Shown piece by piece: positions 10,548 through 19,693 of a stretch of 64,000 bases of DNA (positions are counted from its first letter, which is position 1; every line of letters begins with the position of its first letter). Source of the DNA: a bacterium BMS3Bbin08 (GTDB lineage: Bacteria; Nitrospirota; Thermodesulfovibrionia; UBA6902; BMS3Bbin08). Below the pieces are notes generated by a model that saw only the letters and a program-made list of their open reading frames with translations, was not told where the DNA came from and ran no database searches. Location of the stretch: the NCBI GenBank assembly GCA_002897775.1, contig BDTR01000053.1:90160-154159 (forward strand). Reading direction: 5' to 3'. The position numbers and the translations under genes are program-made.

Positions 10548-11747
10548 TTATTTAACGACGTACTGACTCTTTCCCCGGCTGAAAACCTTCTTGTACATAT
10601 TTACGACCTCTGGTTTAATAAGTGATTCATTCGCGCGTTCGGCCGCCAGCCGGGCGTTGATATCCGACGCGCTGTCGACAAGAGCATCATCCGTTACAGC
10701 CAGCCGGATGGCCCCTGCAACATTTTCCGGATCCTCCGGGAACACGAGCCGTCCTGTCTCTCCGTCGCGTATCCATTCATTGCCGCAACTTGTGTTCGAC
10801 TGGACCGGAAATGATCCCATTACCATAGCTTCAAGCATAGAAACACTGATGCCGTCACTGATGCTTAGTCCAATGGATACTCGCGCCCGGCCATGCAGAC
10901 GCAGCATTTCATCATGGGAACTGCGTGGGACGATTTCGATGGGAATGCCGGTGGATTGGGATAACAGTTCAGCGGCGATCCTGACATCCTGATTTGCCAG
11001 GTAAACTGCGATACGATAGCCTTTAAGCACATCGGCGCTCAGTCTGATGGCCTGTAGTCCTACCAAAGCCCGCCCGGCCCAGTTTTGGTACCCTTTTAAT
11101 AAAATCAGGCGTCTGGCAGATGTTGGTCCCGGCTGTCGAAACAACCGTAGTTGTTCGGTATTAAAACCTCCGGTAACCGGTGAGATCATTAGAACTTCTC
11201 CGTCGAAGCCGAAGGCCCGTGCCAGCTTGACATCCCGATGACATTCACCGGCATAATAATTACAGGAAGACAATACGTCTTTAATTTTTCGCGCGTGTTC
11301 AGACAGGCGGCCAAAGAGGTATATGTCACTTCCCCAGGGGGTAAAGATCCAGGGGGGGAATTTACCGTCCAGGTGATTTTTGGCGTCAAGAGTCAGATAA
11401 CCTGCATGCTGCATTTCCAACGAATGAACAATATCGGGTTTTAGCTTGCTGATAGTACGCGCCAAACGCCGTACGCGGTCGCTCCATGAAGGCATTAATC
11501 TCTTCATTATATGCCTTGCGAGTGTGGCGCCCCCTGGGAAAGGCCATGCGCCCGCAAGGCGGAGACCGTGATTTGGTCCGTAAGGTTTATGCGGCAAAAA
11601 ATCATGAATGGTCAAATTCTTCAGGTCAGGATGTAACCTCCCGCTCTCCACAGGGAACAAGTGAATGTCCCATCCCCGGCCCGCCAGTTGATCGATCCAA
11701 CGAGCGGTATGGATACTGTTTGCCATAGCGATAAAGAGAATACGCAT
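10548..11747 (-). CDS. Glycosyltransferase family 4-like
   Basis: SIHTARW, TPWGSDI, SDGISVSMLEAMVMG. Confidence 0.88.
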   Translation of the reverse strand: MRILFIAMANSIHTARWIDQLAGRGWDIHLFPVESGRLHPDLKNLTIHDFLPHKPYGPNHGLRLAGAWPFPGGATLARHIMKRLMPSWSDRVRRLARTISKLKPDIVHSLEMQHAGYLTLDAKNHLDGKFPPWIFTPWGSDIYLFGRLSEHARKIKDVLSSCNYYAGECHRDVKLARAFGFDGEVLMISPVTGGFNTEQLRLFRQPGPTSARRLILLKGYQNWAGRALVGLQAIRLSADVLKGYRIAVYLANQDVRIAAELLSQSTGIPIEIVPRSSHDEMLRLHGRARVSIGLSISDGISVSMLEAMVMGSFPVQSNTSCGNEWIRDGETGRLVFPEDPENVAGAIRLAVTDDALVDSASDINARLAAERANESLIKPEVVNMYKKVFSRGKSQYVVK

Positions 11748-11751
11748 TATG

Positions 11752-12972
11752 TCATACCTTCAACCGGACCTTTACCGGAGATCCGGTCTCGATTTCGCAG
11801 TTGGCCTTTAGATCAGCTATGCCCTGCTGGGAAACCATTTCCCTGACGGAAAATGTGAAAGCGTTGTTACTGTATTGCAGATACTTCATCGGGCCCCCGT
11901 TGCTCGAACCCATTATGTTATATCCCAGGTTATATACCCCCCTGAGCAGGTTAACCTCAAACTCAAACTTTACTTTCACTGCCCTGCCCGCTTCAGGGAC
12001 GAAAAAACATCCGGTCAGCAGATCACTGCTGACATCGTAAACAACAAGCCCGTTCGGGTGCCTTATGAACATACTGAAAAACGCCCGGTGTACCTGATCA
12101 TTAAACATCACTTCAACCGTGAACAAGGCCTTTCCTCCCGCCTCAAAGGTCCTGGCCTCCCGCCCCGAGCCGTCCGTAAGTCTCTGCCCGGCCACTGTGA
12201 CAGAACCCGCTGATCCCGCGTTCCCGCCGTTATCTGACATTGACTCGTAATACATCCTGATCGAGTTTTCCACATCTCCGTCGCAGATAGACACGCCTTT
12301 ATTAATAAAAATGGCCCTGCCGCATAATTTTCTTACGGAATCAAGATTGTGAGATACATACACAATGGTCCTGTCAGTGTCCCTGAATTCCATCATTTTT
12401 TTTAAGCACTTGTTCTGGAACATGTAGTCACCGACCGAAAGGACCTCATCCACCAGCAGGATGTCGGGGTCGAGATGCGAGGACACAGAAAATCCCAGCC
12501 GGGCGAGCATTCCGGATGAATATCTTTTTATCGGCGTATCAATAAATTTCTTAAGGCCGGAAAACTCGAGGATCTCGCTGTATCTCTGCTTTATATATGA
12601 CCTCTTCATGCCGATAATTGACCCGTAAAGGTAAATATTTTCCCGGCCGGTAAGTTCGGGGTGGAACCCCGCGGAAAGTTCGATCAACGCCCCGATCTTA
12701 CCATTTGTGAGGACTGAACCGCTGGAGGGTTCTGTAACATTGGCCAGGAGTTTCAAAATAGTGCTTTTACCGGCGCCGTTGTACCCGATAATGCCTACCG
12801 CCTCTCCTTTTTTTACTTCAAAGGAAACGTCTCTAAGGGCCCAGAAAGGACCCGGCCCGGAACCGCGTTTTCTGAAAATGTTCACGATATCTTCCCTCAG
12901 TGAACTATAACCCGACTGACCGAGCCTGTAACGCTTTGAAACGTTCTCGAGCTTTATCGTTACGTCACTCAC
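11752..12972 (-). CDS. wzt: Polysaccharide ABC transporter ATP-binding protein with Wzt C-terminal domain
   Basis: GYNGAGKST Walker A, YSSGM signature, ILLVDEVLSVGD, C-terminal Ig-like extension. Confidence 0.93.
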   Translation of the reverse strand: MSDVTIKLENVSKRYRLGQSGYSSLREDIVNIFRKRGSGPGPFWALRDVSFEVKKGEAVGIIGYNGAGKSTILKLLANVTEPSSGSVLTNGKIGALIELSAGFHPELTGRENIYLYGSIIGMKRSYIKQRYSEILEFSGLKKFIDTPIKRYSSGMLARLGFSVSSHLDPDILLVDEVLSVGDYMFQNKCLKKMMEFRDTDRTIVYVSHNLDSVRKLCGRAIFINKGVSICDGDVENSIRMYYESMSDNGGNAGSAGSVTVAGQRLTDGSGREARTFEAGGKALFTVEVMFNDQVHRAFFSMFIRHPNGLVVYDVSSDLLTGCFFVPEAGRAVKVKFEFEVNLLRGVYNLGYNIMGSSNGGPMKYLQYSNNAFTFSVREMVSQQGIADLKANCEIETGSPVKVRLKV

Positions 12973-13821
12973 TTAAATTTTGTCCGCGAAGGACATCTCT
13001 ACTTTCTTAAAGTATTTGTATGACAGGAACAGCATGACCAGTGTTATAACGGCCGCAATACCTAAATATCCGTATTCAGGAGGCGCCCCCTTTAGCAGTA
13101 CATTTCTGTAACCGTCAATAATAGGCGCCATCGGGTTAAGCATATAAAGTGTCCTGAACCGCTCAGGCACCAGGCTGACGGGATAGATTATCGGACAGAG
13201 AAACATCCATATCTGAATAAAAAACGGCAGGGCGTATCTTATATCCCGGTAGTAAACGTTCATTGCTGAAGCGAATAATGCGACCGCCAGTGTGAACATC
13301 ACCTGTACGAACACTATCGGTATGATATATAAAGCGTAAGGGGTAACGGATATCCCGTAGAAGATCAGAATGACAGAAAAGACCACTCCGGCTATAAAGA
13401 AATCCACTGTCGCGGCGAGAATCGAAGCCATGGGAAAGATCTCCCTGGGGAAATATATTTTAGTGAGCAGGCTGGAATTGGTGACAAGGCTGGGTATTGC
13501 GAAAGATAATGACGTGGCGAAAAAAGTCCAGGGAAGAAGTGCTGTATAGGAAAAGACCGGATAAGGGAGTCCGTCACTGGGTATCCTGGCAAAACGGGAA
13601 AATATCAGGGTGAATATCGCCATCATCAGAAGCGGCTGCAGTATTGTCCAGAAGATTCCCAGCACAGACTGTTTATAACGGATCTTGATCTCCCTGACAG
13701 CTATATTGAGCAGCAGTTCCCTGTACTTTACAAGTTCTCTGATATCGTTAAACATTTGGTCCATATCCGGCCGGAAGCAGTCCCGCTGACCCGGGACTGT
13801 CAGTATCTTCCCGGATAACAC
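12973..13821 (-). CDS. wzm: Polysaccharide ABC transporter permease (true start probably 13764 or 13755)
   Basis: REIKIRYKQSVLG...W...QPL, KIYFPREI, PIIYP, LNPM. Confidence 0.93.
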   Translation of the reverse strand: MLSGKILTVPGQRDCFRPDMDQMFNDIRELVKYRELLLNIAVREIKIRYKQSVLGIFWTILQPLLMMAIFTLIFSRFARIPSDGLPYPVFSYTALLPWTFFATSLSFAIPSLVTNSSLLTKIYFPREIFPMASILAATVDFFIAGVVFSVILIFYGISVTPYALYIIPIVFVQVMFTLAVALFASAMNVYYRDIRYALPFFIQIWMFLCPIIYPVSLVPERFRTLYMLNPMAPIIDGYRNVLLKGAPPEYGYLGIAAVITLVMLFLSYKYFKKVEMSFADKI

Positions 13822-15439
13822 CGCAGCTCATGATCACAGCTGTTATGCTCCAGAAGACCAGTCCTTTGTCTATTTCCTTGACATAGGCGAACACTGTTCC
13901 GCTGACAAGATTATTCCACAGGAACATGATAACGGAAAGCAGCAGAGCGTAAGCGAACACCCGCTTCTCCCCGGCCCTTCTTATAAATCCAAGACCACTT
14001 AATATTATGTAGAATAAGACCCCGGACAGTGACAGTACGCCCGGGATGCCGGTCTCCGCGAGGAAATTTATATACATGTTATGGGCTGATATCATCGGCA
14101 CATAACCCCTTGCCCAGGGAGAATAATAAAGAACGCCGTAATTCCCGTATTCCTGATTGAACCTGCCGATGCCGACGCCGGTCAGTGGGCGGTCCTGGAA
14201 CATCGCTGCCGCGGCCTCCCACCCTCCATAGCGTTTCTCCATGCTCGGCGCGTATATGACACTGTTGAATGTCGTCAATTCATAATATTTACTGTAGAAC
14301 GGGGTCAGCTTTTTAACGTGAAAAGCGCCCACAAGCAGGGCCAGGACCAAAGCTATTATCACGTATTTCCTTGTCGCCCTGATAAAAAATAATGCCATAA
14401 GCCCCAGGACCATGCTTATCTGGGGCATCCTGGAAAAGGACACCGCAAGCCCGGTCACTCCCAGGATTATCAGGAAGAAATACAGCATTTTTCGTGTCTT
14501 TTCTTTCTCTGTCGCCAGGAAAGCAAAGATTATCGGAATGATCATGATAAGCACTTCGGCTATCAGGACGCCGCTGGCAAAACCCAGGTTCAGAACATAA
14601 TCGTTATCTACACCCTCAGAACCATATTTTACAAAGTAATACATGACCATTATCAGGTTCAGAAAAACACTCCCGATAAGATAACTCAGGAACTTCCTGA
14701 CATCCCCCCAGCTTTTCAGACTGTTTATTAAAATGAAATAAATAACGATCGGGTAGGTTATCTCAAATAACCATCTCTTGAGACTGTAAATAATATCCGC
14801 TGAAAAGACAGCTGATAATAAGGTCGCGGAAGCGAAGATCAAAATGAGGATATGAAACCTTTCCTTTTTAATATTTTTTTTGAGGACAATAAAATTGAAC
14901 ACTGCCCAGATAAAGGCGAAAAATAAAATAATGGCGACCTTGATCGTGATCCAGCCCGAATCAAAGTCGGTCAGTTTAACGATCTCAAATTCAGCGTAAG
15001 TGGCAAAAGGCAGCGCGATCAAAAGCAGACCGACGGCATCGACCATTTTATCTTTTGTGATCATGCTTACGGACATAACGATCAGAAAGACAATGATCCC
15101 GATAAAAGTCGGCATGGTAAGACCAAAGGGGTTCAAAAGTATAAAACCGCATGTAACAGCCGCGGTGAGAGAGATCATCAGGAGGACCCTGAGGTTCAGG
15201 CCGTGCCGCGGGAATTCAAAGAAGGTCGAAAGATCGCAACCAGCCTGCGAGCCGAGTTTTATAAAAGCAATGATCAGCACCGCGGCAATAACAGGCGCAA
15301 GTCCGAAGATCCATCCGCCTATGCTCATGCCGGGGCTGTTCGAGATGACCCTGCTTCCAAAATAGGCCATGCCGGACACAAGGAGCAATGTGACAATACT
15401 AATGAAGTTCGCGCGGAGATACTGCATATTAACCGCCAC
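13748..15439 (-). CDS. O-antigen ligase/Wzy_C-family membrane protein
   Basis: Many TM helices; SFSR, R..W...MFQDRPLTGVGIG, SAHNMYINFLAETG. Confidence 0.85.
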   Translation of the reverse strand: MAVNMQYLRANFISIVTLLLVSGMAYFGSRVISNSPGMSIGGWIFGLAPVIAAVLIIAFIKLGSQAGCDLSTFFEFPRHGLNLRVLLMISLTAAVTCGFILLNPFGLTMPTFIGIIVFLIVMSVSMITKDKMVDAVGLLLIALPFATYAEFEIVKLTDFDSGWITIKVAIILFFAFIWAVFNFIVLKKNIKKERFHILILIFASATLLSAVFSADIIYSLKRWLFEITYPIVIYFILINSLKSWGDVRKFLSYLIGSVFLNLIMVMYYFVKYGSEGVDNDYVLNLGFASGVLIAEVLIMIIPIIFAFLATEKEKTRKMLYFFLIILGVTGLAVSFSRMPQISMVLGLMALFFIRATRKYVIIALVLALLVGAFHVKKLTPFYSKYYELTTFNSVIYAPSMEKRYGGWEAAAAMFQDRPLTGVGIGRFNQEYGNYGVLYYSPWARGYVPMISAHNMYINFLAETGIPGVLSLSGVLFYIILSGLGFIRRAGEKRVFAYALLLSVIMFLWNNLVSGTVFAYVKEIDKGLVFWSITAVIMSCGVIREDTDSPGSAGLLPAGYGPNV

Positions 15440-16508
15440 CTGTTATGATCTTCACCACAGTGGACGAAACGTTTGTCCTGTAATATTCCTCCGGTATCTG
15501 CCAGTCAGTGTTTTCCGTGACAGCGGTCCCGGTACAGTCCAGGATCCTGTCCGGCGCAAGGCCCGCGATGATATTACTGCCTGTTTCAACGGTCTCGGGC
15601 CTTTCTGTCACATCCCTGATGGTCACGTTCGGCACCCTGAATATACAGCATTCTTCCTGGACCGTACCGCTGTCGGTAATAACGCAAAAAGCCCTCTGCT
15701 CCAGGGCAATAAAATCAAAGAACCCAAACGGGGGAAGGAAATACACGTTCCTGTTGTCCATCTTTAATCCGAACCTGTTTATCCTGACCCTGGTCCTTGG
15801 ATGGAGGCTGCATATAACCGGCATTTCGTATTTCTTCTGGACCTTATCGAGCCCGGTCAGAATACCGGACAGGCGGTCCTGGATATCAACATTTTCTTCC
15901 CTGTGCATTGTAACGAGAAAATACTTTTTCGGTTCCACATTTAACCGCCTGTGGATATCGCTCCTGTCCACCTCATCTTTGTAAGTATTGATAACTTCAT
16001 AAATGGGATTGCCCGTAACATAGATCCTGTTCGTACCGATCCCTTCTTTTATCAGGTTGTCTTTACTGTTGCGCGTATACGGCATAAGAACACTGCTTGA
16101 ATGGTCGATGATCCTCCGGTTGACCTCTTCGGGCACGCGGTCGTCGAAACAGCGGTTTCCGGCTTCCATATGATAGACCCGGATCCCCATCCGCCTGGCT
16201 ACTATACTGACCAGGCCGCTGTTCGTGTCTCCCAGGATAAGGACCCTGTCAGGACGTACCTTGTTGATCACCTTTTCTGATCCTGTCAATATTTTCCCTA
16301 TCTGCTCTCCAAAGGTATCACTTTGAACGCCGAGTGAAAAATCCGGCTGGCGGATGTTCAGATCGTCCAGAAATGTCCTGTTAAGCGAATCGTCATAGTT
16401 CTGGCCTGTATGCACAAGAATATGCTCACTGCAGCCGTCCAGTTTTTTGATAATAATGGACAGCCGGATCATTTCCGGACGCGTACCGAGAACAGTCATT
16501 ATTTTCAT
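15429..16508 (-). CDS. UDP-N-acetylglucosamine 2-epimerase (non-hydrolysing, WbjD/FnlC/QnlB-like)
   Basis: GTRPE, HTGQNYD, HMEAGNR, PEEVNR, TDSGTVQEE; start moved to MKIMTV at 16508. Confidence 0.93.
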   Translation of the reverse strand: MKIMTVLGTRPEMIRLSIIIKKLDGCSEHILVHTGQNYDDSLNRTFLDDLNIRQPDFSLGVQSDTFGEQIGKILTGSEKVINKVRPDRVLILGDTNSGLVSIVARRMGIRVYHMEAGNRCFDDRVPEEVNRRIIDHSSSVLMPYTRNSKDNLIKEGIGTNRIYVTGNPIYEVINTYKDEVDRSDIHRRLNVEPKKYFLVTMHREENVDIQDRLSGILTGLDKVQKKYEMPVICSLHPRTRVRINRFGLKMDNRNVYFLPPFGFFDFIALEQRAFCVITDSGTVQEECCIFRVPNVTIRDVTERPETVETGSNIIAGLAPDRILDCTGTAVTENTDWQIPEEYYRTNVSSTVVKIITGGG

Positions 16509-16509
16509 G

Positions 16510-17625
16510 TCAGATATCCTGATTTTTGAACACGGGCCGCCCGGAAAACCCCGGGCCTGAAACATACCCGGCGAGTTCCGCGTCAGACAGCGTTTGCTCC
16601 TCCGGAAAGAGCCTGTTCTTCCTCAACAGGGCCCTTATTTCATCTGTGCTCATTAAATTGTCAGCGGACGTATATTCGCCGGCAAGACCGGGAGCGCTTT
16701 TTGCGCGCGACCTGATCTCCGGAAGGATCGGCTCAATGACAAAGTGACCGCCTATGTCGATCGTCCGGTGACATTCCTCTTCTGAAATAAGGATCTCATG
16801 TGTTTTTTCGCCGGGTCTGACGTCAATATATTGTATTTCTATTTTCCTGCCGTCGAGCATAACATCGACTATGTCGGCGATCCGGGCCGAAGGAATTTTG
16901 GGTATGTATGTTTCTCCGGGGTTAGCGCCTCTTATTGCGGCAAAAATAGTGTTTATTGCTTCGTCCAGTCCCATCAGGAACCTCGTCATTTCCGGTGTGG
17001 TGATCGTTATTGGTCCTCCTCGTTTAATTTGCTGTATAAACAGCGGGATCACCGACCCCCTTGACGCCAGGACGTTACCGTACCTTGTGCATACAAACCG
17101 TGTTCGGGGACATTTCAGGTTCCACTCGATAAAGATCCGTTCCTGTATCGATTTGGTCATACCCATTACATTAACCGGTTTACATGCCTTGTCAGTTGAT
17201 ACACCGACAACCGTATCCACTTTGAAGCCGTTGTCCGCTATGGCTGATACTATATTGCTGGCTCCGTGAATATTGGTCTGGACCGCTTCGAACGGAAAAT
17301 ATTCGCAGGTCGGCACCTGTTTCATCGCGGCCGCGTTGATAACAATGTCCATATCTCTTAACGCGCTCCTTACCGACCGTATATCACGTATGTCTCCTAT
17401 CTGAAATTCAAGAACATCATCCGGCACGCGGTAAATGATCTCATCCGTTGACTCAGGTTTTTGTTTCCAGTTCAGCCGCATCTGGTGCTGTTTGGCCTCA
17501 TCACGCGAAAAAATTCTGATCCTGGAAGGCATCCCGAGTTCACCCGTCAGGATCCTGGAGACGAGTTTCTGCCCAAGAGAGCCCGTGCCGCCTGTTATGA
17601 GTATTTTTTTGTCCTGGAATATCAT
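16510..17625 (-). CDS. UDP-GlcNAc 4,6-dehydratase/epimerase (CapE/WbjB/FnlA-like)
   Basis: ITGGTGSLG, FSRDEAKQ, AAAMKQVP, STDKA, RYGNVLASRGSV, MTRF, RPGEK. Confidence 0.92.
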   Translation of the reverse strand: MIFQDKKILITGGTGSLGQKLVSRILTGELGMPSRIRIFSRDEAKQHQMRLNWKQKPESTDEIIYRVPDDVLEFQIGDIRDIRSVRSALRDMDIVINAAAMKQVPTCEYFPFEAVQTNIHGASNIVSAIADNGFKVDTVVGVSTDKACKPVNVMGMTKSIQERIFIEWNLKCPRTRFVCTRYGNVLASRGSVIPLFIQQIKRGGPITITTPEMTRFLMGLDEAINTIFAAIRGANPGETYIPKIPSARIADIVDVMLDGRKIEIQYIDVRPGEKTHEILISEEECHRTIDIGGHFVIEPILPEIRSRAKSAPGLAGEYTSADNLMSTDEIRALLRKNRLFPEEQTLSDAELAGYVSGPGFSGRPVFKNQDI

Positions 17626-17626
17626 C

Positions 17627-18607
17627 CTAAATACCTCTTTTCGTTGAAGAGATCAGCCCGTCAAAAAACGGGGGCTCTGTAATATAATTTTTTGTTGCCT
17701 GCCGGTATGCCGGTTTCAATTCCTGATAACGCCATTTTTCATATTCAGAAGCTATCCTGGTAAAGTCCTCCATCATTTCTTCCCAGGTGGGTATATATAT
17801 GCGAGTACAGCGCCTGAACCTTGTTGAGTCGAGGCTCCTGTCTATGACAATCGTATCGTCCGGCACAAGACCGATATCCAGGCCTAAAGACCTTCTGAGC
17901 CTGTTCAGCAGGTCATACTTGCTGATCTTTTCGCCTGACACGTGATACATGCCTTCCAGGGCCGGATGCTTCTCTATAAGCGTTTTGATCACGTCAGCCA
18001 TGGCATACACTGTCAATCCCGAGAATATTGCTTTGCGGTATCCCCGCACCTTTCCTTTGTGCGATAAGAACCATTCAAAAAGACCGCCCGCCCCGGACAA
18101 CTGCCTGCCGACCAGGGAAGTCCTTATCGTTAAACAGTTGCTGCCGGTCACCTCCCCCAGGTATTTTGTCCTTCCGTACAGGTCATCAGCATCCGGATAA
18201 CTGGTTTCAATATATCCTCCATTCCTGCCTGAAAAGACACAGTCAGTGCTGATATGGATCAATCGGATATTTCGTTCCGCGCAAACCCCGGCCAGTCTAT
18301 GCGGAAACAGGGCGTTCACAGCTATGGAAGAAACAGGATATTTCGCTCCCGGCAACTGTTTAACGATGCCGGCACAATTAACAATAACCTCCGGCTCAGC
18401 GGCATCAATCGCTCTTTTCAGGTCATCGTCATTCAGGACATTGACGCCGCCCATTATATTCTGAACATTTTTTCTGAATAGCGCGCATTTTTCGCTTAAT
18501 GCGAACTCATCGCCGCGAACAGTTCCAAAAGTTTCATGGTCACCGCTTAAACGCAGCCAGAGCGCGTGCCCAAGCATGCCTGTTACTCCAAATATCAGGT
18601 TCCTCAT
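17627..18607 (-). CDS. RmlD-like SDR reductase (QnlA/WbvR-like)
   Basis: GVTGMLG, NALFPH, HISTDCVFSG, YGRTK. Confidence 0.88.
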   Translation of the reverse strand: MRNLIFGVTGMLGHALWLRLSGDHETFGTVRGDEFALSEKCALFRKNVQNIMGGVNVLNDDDLKRAIDAAEPEVIVNCAGIVKQLPGAKYPVSSIAVNALFPHRLAGVCAERNIRLIHISTDCVFSGRNGGYIETSYPDADDLYGRTKYLGEVTGSNCLTIRTSLVGRQLSGAGGLFEWFLSHKGKVRGYRKAIFSGLTVYAMADVIKTLIEKHPALEGMYHVSGEKISKYDLLNRLRRSLGLDIGLVPDDTIVIDRSLDSTRFRRCTRIYIPTWEEMMEDFTRIASEYEKWRYQELKPAYRQATKNYITEPPFFDGLISSTKRGI

Positions 18608-18663
18608 TTTATATCACCGGTTTCCAGCGGAGGATCAAAAAAACCGCTCCGCCCGCGGGACTT

Positions 18664-18858
18664 TTAAATCGCGCCATTTTTCACTGTAATTACTTCTGAT
18701 GGATTTGTCTCATCTTTTGAATTTTCGCAGACAAATTTCTCCAGCGCCCTGTTCTGGATACACTTTGTCAGGTAGGAATAATAGCCCTCTTTCAGGCAAT
18801 AGCTTGAATCCGGTCTCTGCTCTCCATACCGACACCTGATACAGATATCAATTAACAT
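18664..18858 (-). CDS. Small Cys-rich hypothetical protein
   Basis: 64 aa, co-oriented in the operon, CxxC...C...C...C pattern, purine-rich upstream sequence. Confidence 0.5.
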   Translation of the reverse strand: MLIDICIRCRYGEQRPDSSYCLKEGYYSYLTKCIQNRALEKFVCENSKDETNPSEVITVKNGAI

Positions 18859-18938
18859 TTTTTCACCCTGTCCAAGTGTGATCTTTATTTTTCAGTGTTG
18901 CTGACCGGGGGGCGGACTCCGTCCCTCTCACTCCAGTA

Positions 18939-19005
18939 ACGCAGATTGGCGCAGATTTAAAAAGATACAGATTAACGCAGATAAGAATATCTGTTATCAT
19001 CTGTC
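18939..19005. repeat. Imperfect ~10-nt (C/A)CAGAT tandem repeats with an inverted tail
   Basis: cgcagattgg-cgcagatttaa-...acagattaa-cgcagataa followed by atctgttatcatctgt. Confidence 0.6.
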
Positions 19006-19037
19006 TTTTTTATTCTCTCTACTCTCTACCTGCCTGC

Positions 19038-19070
19038 CCCCATGTCCAGAAATCCTTGATTTCTATGGGG
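19038..19070. repeat. Mini palindromic element with GTCC bulge
   Basis: CCCCAT[GTCC]AGAAATC-CTT-GATTTCT-ATGGGG, preceded by CCTGCCTG. Confidence 0.8.
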
Positions 19071-19074
19071 AGCT

Positions 19075-19133
19075 ACTACTTCTCTGCTTCTTTGTTTTTT
19101 CTCTCTACTTTCTACTTGCTACTCTCTACTTCT
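19075..19133. repeat. Heptamer-period repeat tract (nnCTACT)
   Basis: ctctact-ttctact-tgctact-ctctact. Confidence 0.7.
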
Positions 19134-19141
19134 TTTCTTGA

Positions 19142-19693
19142 TTACGCCTGTTCAACACAGTCTATATCTACAAAACACCTGATCGATGAAGCAATGGCAT
19201 CGACAGACACGACCAGGACTGAATTCCTGTTCCTTTTTTCCACTATATATCCTTCAAGTCCCTTTAGCGGACCTTTTCTGATCACGATCCTGTCTCCCTC
19301 TTTTAAATAAGGGCATGGGTCGATCTTCAGCTTACTTTCCACAAGTATTTTCAGAGCGTTTATTACCGAATCCTCAATCGGGAGATACTGACCGTTAACA
19401 TGGACGATGTTGACAACTCCTCTCTGGGTAACGATCTTCAGCTTGTCACTCAAAGAAAATTTGGCAAAGCAGTAGCTTTTAAAGATCGGCTCTTCCACGA
19501 GCCTTGTCCTGTCCGACCATTTCTTCTTTAATGTCACTTTAGGTGTAAAGGCCTCTAATCCTTTCTGGAGCAGATGGGTCTCTACATATTTCTCATGCCT
19601 TGACCTTGTGTATAGAACATACCACCGCGGGTCTCCGGATACCGGGACCTGATCGATCACCGCGTTTTTTTGCTGTCTGTTCTCAGTTGTCAT
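19142..19693 (-). CDS. NusG-paralog transcription antiterminator (UpxY/LoaP/RfaH-like)
   Basis: WYVLYTRSRHEK, WSDR...EEPIFKSY, KOW GDRIVIRKGPLKGLEG; lies upstream of the polysaccharide genes. Confidence 0.9.
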   Translation of the reverse strand: MTTENRQQKNAVIDQVPVSGDPRWYVLYTRSRHEKYVETHLLQKGLEAFTPKVTLKKKWSDRTRLVEEPIFKSYCFAKFSLSDKLKIVTQRGVVNIVHVNGQYLPIEDSVINALKILVESKLKIDPCPYLKEGDRIVIRKGPLKGLEGYIVEKRNRNSVLVVSVDAIASSIRCFVDIDCVEQA

